From an uncultured Gammaproteobacteria bacterium (GTDB taxonomy: Bacteria > Patescibacteriota > Microgenomatia > UBA10105 > UBA927), in assembly GCA_964609895.1 (NCBI GenBank), contig CAZSTG010000001.1, positions 59,202 through 123,201 on the forward strand: a stretch of 64,000 nt of DNA, in the 5' to 3' direction. A program made the position numbers and the translations under genes. The first letter of the stretch is position 1. Every line of letters begins with the position of its first letter. Of this stretch, positions 36,881 to 44,787 are shown piece after piece. Under the pieces are notes generated by a model. It did not search any database, had not been told where the DNA came from, and saw only the letters and a list, made by a program, of their open reading frames with translations.

Positions 36881-38110
36881 ATGAGGAAACTTAATGTTAT
36901 AGATTTGTTTGCCGGATGTGGAGGTTTAACTGATGGTTTTGAACAATCAGGTTTTTTTAAAACTCTAGCTTGTGTTGAATGGGATAAATCTTGTTGTGCA
37001 ACATTAGCTAAAAGATTAGCAAATAAATGGAATTATAAAAATGGTTCTGAAGTTGTTATCAGGTATGACATACAAAAAACTGCAGATTTGCTAAAAGGAT
37101 TTAATGATCCAAAATACGGATTTAATCTTGGGTTAAATAAACTTATTGAAAATAAAGTCGATTTATTGATTGGTGGTCCTCCATGTCAGGCGTATTCAGT
37201 TGCTGGTAGAATTAGAGACAAACACGGAATGCAACTAGATTATCGTAATTATCTTTTTGAAAGTTATATTAAAGTATTAGATAAATTTAGGCCAGAAATA
37301 TTTATTTTTGAAAATGTTTTAGGACTACTGAGTGCAAAGCCAGGTGGTGTTTCTATCATTAATAGAATAAAAAAAGCTTTTTCACAAATCGGTTATGAAA
37401 TTGTCGATGACATAAGGGGAAATGCAGTTTTTGACGTTGCGGATTATGGAGTTCCTCAAATAAGAAAACGTGTTATATTACTTGGTTTAAATAAAAATGT
37501 GTATAAAGAAAATAGGCAAAAAATTTTAATTGATTTTTATCAAAATATATTACCCTCATTTAAAGAACAACATAGGAAAACAGTTAAAGATGCAATTTTT
37601 GACCTTCCAAAATTTCAAATAAATAAATTAGAAATTGATTCAAACAACAAAGTGCAACCACATTTTTCTGAATCCATGTCTATATTAAATCATTATCCAA
37701 GATATCATAGTAAAAGAGATATTCAAATATTTTATGAATTAGCTTTGGATCAAAGTAAGGGGAATAAAAAATTTCATTCAGTTAAGGATATCAAAAAATT
37801 ATATACAGAAAAAACCGGTAAAATTTCTAATGTACATAAATATTTTGTTTTAAAATGGAATGAGCCTAGTAATACAATAGTTGCGCATCTATATAAAGAT
37901 GGGTTAAGACATATACATCCAGATTATAAGCAAGCGAGATCGATTTCCGTGCGTGAAGCGGCACGACTACAGTCGTTCGATGACGATTTTGAATTTTTAG
38001 GATCAATGGGTGATCAATATAAAATGATTGGAAATGCAGTTCCTCCGCTCTTTGCTAAAAAATTAGCTTGTGCCGTGCACAAGTTTAAAGTTAAATATAA
38101 TGGAGTATAA
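36881..38110 (+). CDS. DNA (cytosine-5)-methyltransferase (Dcm family), M2
   Basis: VIDLFAGCGGLTDGF; GGPPCQAYSVAGR; FENV; QIRKRVILLG; GNAVPPLF. The second adjacent m5C MTase has a distinct target-recognition domain insert. Confidence 0.92.
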   Translation: MRKLNVIDLFAGCGGLTDGFEQSGFFKTLACVEWDKSCCATLAKRLANKWNYKNGSEVVIRYDIQKTADLLKGFNDPKYGFNLGLNKLIENKVDLLIGGPPCQAYSVAGRIRDKHGMQLDYRNYLFESYIKVLDKFRPEIFIFENVLGLLSAKPGGVSIINRIKKAFSQIGYEIVDDIRGNAVFDVADYGVPQIRKRVILLGLNKNVYKENRQKILIDFYQNILPSFKEQHRKTVKDAIFDLPKFQINKLEIDSNNKVQPHFSESMSILNHYPRYHSKRDIQIFYELALDQSKGNKKFHSVKDIKKLYTEKTGKISNVHKYFVLKWNEPSNTIVAHLYKDGLRHIHPDYKQARSISVREAARLQSFDDDFEFLGSMGDQYKMIGNAVPPLFAKKLACAVHKFKVKYNGV

Positions 38111-38118
38111 TAAGATAA

Positions 38119-39117
38119 ATGAATGAACAGATATTATATATTCATAAACTGAACGCCCAAGAATTGGGTTTTAGACACGGTTCTTCTCATAAGGCTGGAA
38201 GATATATATATGTATCAAAAAAGTATTTAAATTTTTTTCCTCAATTAAGTGAATCGATTAAAAACGATCATATTCTTATTGATATTATTCCACCCGATTC
38301 TGACAAATTAATTTTGACTAATTATGTTTATCATAACGATAAAATAGTAGATTCAAAATCAAATGGTAGAAATGAATTTAGAATTTATTTGAATGAAGGA
38401 AATGATTTAGAAGGAAATTATTATCAGCCAAATGATATTGTTGTTATTCAGTCAGTAAAAATTGATGATAGTGCAACGTATAAAATATATAAATTTGACC
38501 AAATTCAACATGGTGTTGTATATCGACAACTTGACGAGTTATTGCGTAGATATGATAGTGCAGGAGCTTCTCATGCAATGATTCCGTTTGATGAACTTAA
38601 ATTTTTATCTATTCCTCAATATCCTACCGTAGATTTACAAAGTAAAGTTTTACCAAATGATGTAAAAGAAACAATTTTTAGTGCCCCAGTAGGTGTTTCA
38701 CTTCCATCTGAAGGGGAAGTGATTCGAAAAATTCGAAGCGCTAATTTTCGCGACTTAGTTCTCATGTTTTATGATTATAAATGTGCCGTCACTGGTAGAA
38801 GTAAAATAATTGAATATGGAACATTAACAAATCTTGAAGCGGCACATATTTATGCTTTTTCTAAAAGTGGAGGAGATAATCCATCAAACGGAATACCTTT
38901 GATTAAGGATATCCATTGGGCTTTTGATAATGGATTTTTTACTTTGACACCAGAATTTAAAATAAAAGTACATGATAATGCAATGAAAATTTCTTATTTA
39001 GCTGAATATAACAATAGGATTATAAATTTACCTGAAGATTCAAGAGCTAGACCTAATATGTCATCAATTGAGTGGCATAATAAGAATGTATTTGGTCAAT
39101 TTGTTAGGAAACAGTAA
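38119..39117 (+). CDS. Putative restriction endonuclease: N-terminal DNA-recognition domain fused to a C-terminal HNH nuclease domain
   Basis: C-terminal region CAVTGRSKI...LEAAHIYAFSKSGGDNPSNGIPLIKDIHWAFDNGFF matches the HNH (ββα-Me) signature (Cys/His-His...Asn...His). Immediately downstream of, and co-oriented with, the two MTases. Confidence 0.7.
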   Translation: MNEQILYIHKLNAQELGFRHGSSHKAGRYIYVSKKYLNFFPQLSESIKNDHILIDIIPPDSDKLILTNYVYHNDKIVDSKSNGRNEFRIYLNEGNDLEGNYYQPNDIVVIQSVKIDDSATYKIYKFDQIQHGVVYRQLDELLRRYDSAGASHAMIPFDELKFLSIPQYPTVDLQSKVLPNDVKETIFSAPVGVSLPSEGEVIRKIRSANFRDLVLMFYDYKCAVTGRSKIIEYGTLTNLEAAHIYAFSKSGGDNPSNGIPLIKDIHWAFDNGFFTLTPEFKIKVHDNAMKISYLAEYNNRIINLPEDSRARPNMSSIEWHNKNVFGQFVRKQ

Positions 39118-39276
39118 TTTTTTGCAGAGGTTAGTTTTATGAAGTTTGTTCCAAAATAACCTTAAGATTTGATCTTCGTTTCGATTTGTTATATACCAAC
39201 GGTAATCGATTTTGCTCCTTAAGAAGTTGGCGAGGATAACTTTCTCCCCAATAATTTGGGTTTCAGTTTATTTCAG

Positions 39277-39297
39277 CCCTCCTCGAGAGGGTATTTT
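39277..39297 (+). terminator. Intrinsic-terminator-like hairpin (CCCTC-ctcga-GAGGG) + TATTTT downstream of the endonuclease gene
   Basis: ccctcctcgagagggtatttt at 39277-39297. Confidence 0.5.
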
Positions 39298-39356
39298 AAA
39301 AATGCTTTCTCGGGGGAGGCAGTATTTAGACTTCCCAAATTTATTATAGAGAGGAG

Positions 39357-39542
39357 GTGAAAGGTATGGCATACTTTGTTATCTATACGGATTATAAAGG
39401 AGAATACCGTTGGAGGTTAAAAGCCAATAACGGTGAAATAGTTGCAGATAGTGAAGGTTATCAAACCAAACAATCGGCAATAAATTCGGCAAATTGGGTA
39501 AAAACCAATGCGCCTAATGCATCCATACAGGATCAAGTCTAA
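39357..39542 (+). CDS. DUF1508/YegP-family small protein
   Basis: MAYFVIYTDYKGEYRWRLKANNGEIVADSEGYQTKQSAINSANWVKTNA. Matches the YegP/UPF0339 repeat pattern (KGEYRFRLKA.NGEII..SEGY..K......I). Strong RBS gagaggaggtg upstream. Confidence 0.7.
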   Translation: MKGMAYFVIYTDYKGEYRWRLKANNGEIVADSEGYQTKQSAINSANWVKTNAPNASIQDQV

Positions 39543-39550
39543 CACTTGAT

Positions 39551-40075
39551 TCACGCCTCGTCAGCTTTTTGAGGAGCTATTTTAATATATACTCTAACTT
39601 TTCCTCGTTTTAGAATCAGCTTTTTTCTGAGCGCTTCGAGAAGATAGGGAATGCTCAGATATTGTGCGAGTTGTTTTATGAGAAGTTTTTGTACTTCCAT
39701 TGGTAACGCAAACACATTTGGTGCTTCCATAAACCTAGCGGCATTTGTCAGATGTTGGAGGATAGGACAGGAGGACATCACACAGAGTGATTTTTCTTTT
39801 TGTTTTTCAACAACGGTGTTGAATAGTAATTTTCCTAGTCCTTTTCCCTGAAATCTTAGGAGTGTGACAAGCGGCCCGATTTTTACCCAGTTTTTTGTTT
39901 CAGCTATGCAGCACACCCCTGCAAATTCTTTGTCCACAAAGATACAGTATGGATTTGGATATCGTTTCCAGTTTTTTCGATCGACGAATGCGAGGTCTGG
40001 CGCGGTTTTGATGGAGGAAATAAGCTCGGTAATTTCTTGTTCCGTGAGCGTGTGTTTTTCGATTGTGACTTGCAT
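39551..40075 (-). CDS. GNAT-family N-acetyltransferase
   Basis: ...LRFQGKGLGKLLFNTVVEKQ (acetyl-CoA-binding Q/RxxGxG/A motif). Confidence 0.75.
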   Translation of the reverse strand: MQVTIEKHTLTEQEITELISSIKTAPDLAFVDRKNWKRYPNPYCIFVDKEFAGVCCIAETKNWVKIGPLVTLLRFQGKGLGKLLFNTVVEKQKEKSLCVMSSCPILQHLTNAARFMEAPNVFALPMEVQKLLIKQLAQYLSIPYLLEALRKKLILKRGKVRVYIKIAPQKADEA

Positions 40076-40151
40076 TTATTTGATTATACTATGAGGAAAG
40101 AAGATTTTAGGCTAACTAGCACTATGATGACATAAGGAAATCGTTATAATG

Positions 40152-40739
40152 TCATCTCATGGGTGGATCAGACAGACGCGTGCTTGACTCATGTCTCGGA
40201 TGTAAATAACCTCTTTCGATCGCATTACTAACTGTCTTTATATTACCCCTCCATTTTTCTTCGGGAATTTTAGAAAAACCTCCAGTAAGCCATTTCCCAT
40301 CAACTATTAAGGAATGATCTTGCAAAAATCCAACGTTAATTTCAGACCAAGTTTCTTCATCTGTCCCACGCCATTGAGAAAAATTTTTATTCCATTTTAG
40401 TGTAATAGTGAAATATTTTTTATCAGTTGGATCTGTTTCTTTGTACGCGTAATTTTTCGCGAAAGAAGAATCTTCTCCATAGTAATCTGAAGGCGTCATT
40501 GGCCATTTTTCCATACCAGAGATAAGTTTCAGTAATTCATTAGTCAATTCATCAATTTGACTGGATTCAAAGCATTCTCGAAGTTGGGCAGTTTTAGCGG
40601 CTTCACGTCGTTCTCTGTTATTCTGTTGAATTAAATCCGTTGATTTTTGTTGACTGAGCAGTGTTTGGTCACGTCGGAGCTTTGCGTTTGCCTCTTGTGT
40701 TTGGGTGATAATTTGAGTTTTTAATCTTTCAAATGCCAT
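40152..40739 (-). CDS. Hypothetical protein (N-terminal Gln-rich coiled coil, C-terminal Trp-rich globular region), AT-rich
   Basis: 195 aa ORF. No recognisable motif. Codon usage and GC are similar to the island. Confidence 0.45.
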   Translation of the reverse strand: MAFERLKTQIITQTQEANAKLRRDQTLLSQQKSTDLIQQNNRERREAAKTAQLRECFESSQIDELTNELLKLISGMEKWPMTPSDYYGEDSSFAKNYAYKETDPTDKKYFTITLKWNKNFSQWRGTDEETWSEINVGFLQDHSLIVDGKWLTGGFSKIPEEKWRGNIKTVSNAIERGYLHPRHESSTRLSDPPMR

Positions 40740-40815
40740 ATAAGTATTGTTCTAACGCGATATTATCATTTTTTATCTTAAAGTCAAGAAAAAGGTAGTA
40801 CCTTAAACCTCTTCC

Positions 40816-40844
40816 TTGTAATTTGACCTCATTTAGTGTAAAAT
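40816..40844 (+). promoter_or_regulatory. Sigma70-like promoter TTGTAA-17-TAAAAT upstream of rpsO
   Basis: ttgtaa 40816-40821; taaaat 40839-40844. Same -35/-10 flavour as the rmuC promoter. Confidence 0.5.
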
Positions 40845-40854
40845 ACCCATTACT

Positions 40855-40882
40855 GGAGCAGGAAAGAGCCGCTCCCTTTTTA
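40855..40882 (+). promoter_or_regulatory. Leader hairpin GGAGC-N11-GCTCC followed by CTTTTTAATT in the rpsO 5' UTR (candidate attenuator / S15 autoregulatory structure)
   Basis: ggagcaggaaagagccgctccctttttaatt begins ~10 nt downstream of the -10 and ends ~12 nt before the ATG. Confidence 0.45.
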
Positions 40883-40893
40883 ATTAAACAGTT

Positions 40894-41298
40894 ATGGCAA
40901 CAAAAGCAAAAAAAGTTACAAAAAAAGAAGAAAAAGTTGAAAAGAAAGCCGTGAAAACAGCTTCAAAAGTAGAAAAGAAAACAGTGAAGAAAGCTGTAAA
41001 AGCAGTCAAATCCGCACCTGTTGAAGAAATTCCGGCGCCAAGTGAAGAAAAAGCACAAATTATCGCTGAATATCAGGTAAAAGCAGGCGATACAGGAAGT
41101 CCGGAAGTGCAGATTGCGCTTCTCACCGCCCGTATTGAAAAGCTTGCATCCCACCTGAAAACAAACAACAAAGATAATCATTCCCGTCGGGGACTGTTGG
41201 GAATCATCTCAAAACGCCGAAGACTCTTGAACTACCTTGAAACCAAGGAAAAAGCACGGTTTAAAGAAATACAAAAAAAGTTAGGTTTAACAAAATAA
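40894..41298 (+). CDS. rpsO: 30S ribosomal protein S15 with a ~45-aa Lys/Ala/Val-rich N-terminal extension
   Basis: Core: ...[51 protein letters not shown]... (canonical S15). N-terminal extension [39 protein letters not shown]... with no internal Met before the core. Confidence 0.88.
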   Translation: MATKAKKVTKKEEKVEKKAVKTASKVEKKTVKKAVKAVKSAPVEEIPAPSEEKAQIIAEYQVKAGDTGSPEVQIALLTARIEKLASHLKTNNKDNHSRRGLLGIISKRRRLLNYLETKEKARFKEIQKKLGLTK

Positions 41299-41332
41299 TT
41301 TTTCCCTCCGCATACGAATGTGAGAGGAGAAC

Positions 41333-41411
41333 AGACAAGGAAGTGCGATGTCTTGAATTTTTGATACTCTGACAGCACTGGAGTATCGAAGACTCGAATT
41401 GTCTCACTTCC
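41333..41411 (+). promoter_or_regulatory. Structured rpsO-pnp intergenic leader with nested inverted repeats (candidate pnp autoregulatory/processing hairpin)
   Basis: ggaagtg (41339-41345)/cacttcc (41405-41411) outer stem; inner gatactc (41363-41369)/gagtatc (41381-41387); agacaa/ttgtct alternative pairing. Confidence 0.45.
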
Positions 41412-41451
41412 CCCTTTCTCCATCCTCCCTATTGGTAGGCGAGAAGATTCT

Positions 41452-43635
41452 ATGAATATAGTAAAAAAATCCGTTGAAGTCGGTGGACGAACGTTATCAC
41501 TCGAAATTGGACGCTATGCCGAACAGGCAGGCGCAGCCGTGGTTGCCCAGTATGGCGATACCATGGTTTTGGCCGCAGTGACGGCATCCAGCAAAGAAAC
41601 AACACTCGATTATTTTCCACTTTCCGTTGAATACGTTGAACGCCTGTATGCAGGCGGACGCATCAAGGGATCACGTTGGGTAAAACGCGAAGGCAGACCG
41701 ACAGACGATGCAGTACTTGCGGGTCGTGTCATTGACCGTTCTATCAGACCGCTTTTTCCAAAAACATACAAACATGATGTACAGGTGATCATTACCACAC
41801 TTTCTGTTGATGGAGAAAATGATCCCGATGTTTTGGCACTTGTTGCCGCATCGGCTGCCATTGCTGTTTCCGAAGTTCCATGGAATGGACCGGTCGGAGG
41901 CGTTCGTGTCGGATGCATTAAAGAGGAAGGACAGGAAAAAGGAACCATCCTGATTAATCCGACAGCACCACAACAGGAAATGAGTGAATTTGATTTCATC
42001 GTTTCCTCAAACGCAGATCGCGTCATGATGCTTGAAGGAGGATTCTGCGAAACACCGGAAGATGTGGTGTTTGAGGCAGTCGAAGCAGCGAAAGTTGCAA
42101 ACAAAGCAATCATTGACTGTATCAATGACCTCGTCAAAGAAGTGGGAAAAACAAAAGCGGTCATTGCTGATCCGGTTTCAACGGAAGAGCTGGAAGCAAA
42201 ATTGAAAAAAGATTACAAAAAAGAACTCGATGAACAGTTCAAGAAAACAACGCAAAAAGAAGGTGGAGATACGGGAATGGGCGAACTTGCCAAGGCAATT
42301 GCCGAAAAGTATGAACAGGCATACACGATCCCGCAAATTATGGCGGCAATTGATCATATTTTCAAAAATCGTATTCGTGAAGATGTGCTTGTTCACAGCA
42401 AACGTGTTGACGGACGAAAGATTGATGAGGTAAGACCCATTACTATGGATTTGAGCCTACTTCCACGAGCACATGGAAGTGCCATGTTCAAACGAGGGCA
42501 AACGCAGGTCTTGACTGTCGCAACCCTTGGCTCTCCTGACATGGCACAGCTCATTGAGAGCCCGGCCGGAGAAGAATCACGAAGATATATTCATCATTAC
42601 ACCATGCCTCCATATTCTGTTGGAGAAACAGGCAGAGTGGGTACACCATCCAGACGCGAAATCGGTCATGGAGCACTTGCTGAACGCGCGCTCATTGCCG
42701 TGATTCCTGATGAAACAGAATTTCCATATACCATCAGATTGGTATCTGAAATTATGTCCTCTAACGGATCCACATCCATGGCATCCACCTGCGGATCAAC
42801 ACTCGCTCTTATGGATGCAGGCGTTCCCATCAAAGAACCAGTTGCTGGAATTTCCGTTGGTCTCATGACCAATCCAAAAGACAAAAAAGAATTCGTGCTT
42901 TTAACTGACATCGTCGGTGTCGAAGATTTCGGCGGAGACATGGATTTCAAAGTGGCAGGTACGAAAAACGGTATCACCGCCATTCAACTCGATATGAAAG
43001 TTGATGGTATCAGCGATGAAATCGTTAAAGGTGCACTGGAACGGGCAAAAGTAGCTCGCGCCATGATCTTAGAGAAAATGCACGCATTAATTGCTGTTTC
43101 AAGACCAAATCTTTCCCAGTATGCACCAAAAGTGCAGATGATGAAGATTCCTGTTGATAGCATCGGTACAGTGATCGGACCGGGAGGAAAAATGATTCGT
43201 CAAATCCAGACTATCACAGGAGCAATCCTCGATGTGAAAGATGACGGATCAGTATTTATTACCAGTACGAAAGATGAGGCAGTGAAAAAAGCAGCTGCTT
43301 GGATCGAAGGACTGACCCATGAAGTGAAAGCGGGCGAAGAATACGAAGGAGAAGTCAAACGTTTGATGGCATTTGGTGCATTTGTGGAAATTCTTCCGGG
43401 CAAAGAAGGATTAGTCCATGTATCACAGATGTCCACAGACTTTGTGCAGGATCCGTCAACGGTTGTACAAATCGGACAAAAAGTAAAAGTACGGGTGATC
43501 GAAATTGACGATCAGGGACGGGTGAATCTTTCCATGCTCTTTGGAGACGATGCTGCAAAAGCACCGCCACGGGAACGGCGGGAAGGCGGAGACCGCCCGC
43601 GTCGTCCTTTTAACCGCGGACCGCGAAGATATTAA
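41452..43635 (+). CDS. pnp: Polyribonucleotide nucleotidyltransferase (PNPase)
   Basis: Two RNase PH-like domains (...TMVLAAVTAS...; ...FKRGQTQVLTVATLGS...GHGALAERAL), then KH and S1 (...FGAFVEILPGKEGLVHVSQM...). Arg/Gly-rich C-terminal tail. Confidence 0.97.
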   Translation: MNIVKKSVEVGGRTLSLEIGRYAEQAGAAVVAQYGDTMVLAAVTASSKETTLDYFPLSVEYVERLYAGGRIKGSRWVKREGRPTDDAVLAGRVIDRSIRPLFPKTYKHDVQVIITTLSVDGENDPDVLALVAASAAIAVSEVPWNGPVGGVRVGCIKEEGQEKGTILINPTAPQQEMSEFDFIVSSNADRVMMLEGGFCETPEDVVFEAVEAAKVANKAIIDCINDLVKEVGKTKAVIADPVSTEELEAKLKKDYKKELDEQFKKTTQKEGGDTGMGELAKAIAEKYEQAYTIPQIMAAIDHIFKNRIREDVLVHSKRVDGRKIDEVRPITMDLSLLPRAHGSAMFKRGQTQVLTVATLGSPDMAQLIESPAGEESRRYIHHYTMPPYSVGETGRVGTPSRREIGHGALAERALIAVIPDETEFPYTIRLVSEIMSSNGSTSMASTCGSTLALMDAGVPIKEPVAGISVGLMTNPKDKKEFVLLTDIVGVEDFGGDMDFKVAGTKNGITAIQLDMKVDGISDEIVKGALERAKVARAMILEKMHALIAVSRPNLSQYAPKVQMMKIPVDSIGTVIGPGGKMIRQIQTITGAILDVKDDGSVFITSTKDEAVKKAAAWIEGLTHEVKAGEEYEGEVKRLMAFGAFVEILPGKEGLVHVSQMSTDFVQDPSTVVQIGQKVKVRVIEIDDQGRVNLSMLFGDDAAKAPPRERREGGDRPRRPFNRGPRRY

Positions 43636-43690
43636 AAACGAACGGAATATTTGTCATTTGGCACTGAGCATTTCGTGGTATCATTGATGT

Positions 43691-44782
43691 ATGTCATCCC
43701 TGTCTGATAGAGTGAGTATTCTTCGAAGAACATTATCCGATGTACAAGTGCCGCCGGAGCTAGGACTCCGTATCACGGGATATTTTGAAGAAATCGAACG
43801 GCTCCAAAACGATATCGCAGCTCAAGTGCACATTGAACAGCTGCTCGACTATATTGATTGGATTGTGAATCTTCCATGGAACAAACGGTCGGTGGATGAG
43901 ATTGATATAGAAAAAGCAAAAGAAATGCTGAATAGAAATCATTACGGCATGCAGTCGGTGAAGGACAATATTATTGAGTATCTGTCTGTCCTCAAACTGC
44001 AGCAGGAGAAAGGCATTGAGGAGAAAGATCTGAAGGCCGGCGATGCGGGACTCGTGCATGGCATGCTGGCACGTCGCGCACCAATTTTGTGTCTTATCGG
44101 ACTGGTTGGAACAGGAAAAACGACACTTGCCAAATCCGTGGCTGAGGCGATGGGAAGGAAATTCATCCGTATTCCGTTTGGAGGATTGTCAGATTCCCTT
44201 GATCTCCGCGGTCAGTCTCGCGTGAGGCCGGATGCGGAAATCGGACTGATTCTGAAAGGTCTTCGATATGCGGGAACGAAAAATCCCGTGATGCTCCTTG
44301 ATGAGGTCGATCGTGTTGCAGAACATGCCAGAGGTGACATCATGGGAGTATTGGTAGAACTGTTGGATCCCGAGCAGAACAAGGCATTCACCGATCATTA
44401 TCTTGATGTCCCGTTTGATCTGTCGGAAGTATTATTTATCGCAACCGCAAACAATACAACAAATATATCAACGGCAGTTCTTGATCGTTTGGAAGTGATT
44501 CAGATGCCGTCGTATAGTGATGAGGAAAAAATTACGATTGCAAAGGATTATGTTATGCCGGCTCTCCTGAAAGCATCAGGACTTACCAAAGAGAATCTGA
44601 CGATTGACGATTCGGTGTGGCCGAAGCTCGTCCGGCCGCTTGGATATGACGCGGGAATCCGTTCCATAGAACGGACGATGAACGGCGTCTGCCGAAAAGT
44701 AGCACGAGCAATAGTAGAAGGAAAAGGAAAAACGTTTCATATAACGGAGACTAACATCAAAGAGTATATAGAAACGTATTAA
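43691..44782 (+). CDS. Stand-alone Lon-type AAA+ ATPase module (no N-terminal LON domain, no C-terminal S16 protease domain)
   Basis: YIDWIVNLPWNKRSVDEIDIEKAKEMLNRNHYGMQSVKDNIIEYLSV closely parallels Lon (YIDWMVQVPWN...HYGLERVKDRILEYLAV). Walker A GLVGTGKTTLAKS; Walker B VMLLDEVDR; ELLDPEQNKAFTDHYLDVPFDLSEVLFIATAN; LDRLEVIQMPSYSDEEK. The ORF ends where the protease domain would begin. Confidence 0.8.
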   Translation: MSSLSDRVSILRRTLSDVQVPPELGLRITGYFEEIERLQNDIAAQVHIEQLLDYIDWIVNLPWNKRSVDEIDIEKAKEMLNRNHYGMQSVKDNIIEYLSVLKLQQEKGIEEKDLKAGDAGLVHGMLARRAPILCLIGLVGTGKTTLAKSVAEAMGRKFIRIPFGGLSDSLDLRGQSRVRPDAEIGLILKGLRYAGTKNPVMLLDEVDRVAEHARGDIMGVLVELLDPEQNKAFTDHYLDVPFDLSEVLFIATANNTTNISTAVLDRLEVIQMPSYSDEEKITIAKDYVMPALLKASGLTKENLTIDDSVWPKLVRPLGYDAGIRSIERTMNGVCRKVARAIVEGKGKTFHITETNIKEYIETY

Positions 44783-44787
44783 AGAAA

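Noticed and set aside
39121-39356. Possible small RNA or tRNA in the 236-bp gap after the endonuclease gene
   Set aside because: I could not fold a cloverleaf, and no conserved tRNA boxes (GTTC/TΨC-like) are evident. Only a terminator-like hairpin and a strong RBS were recognisable.
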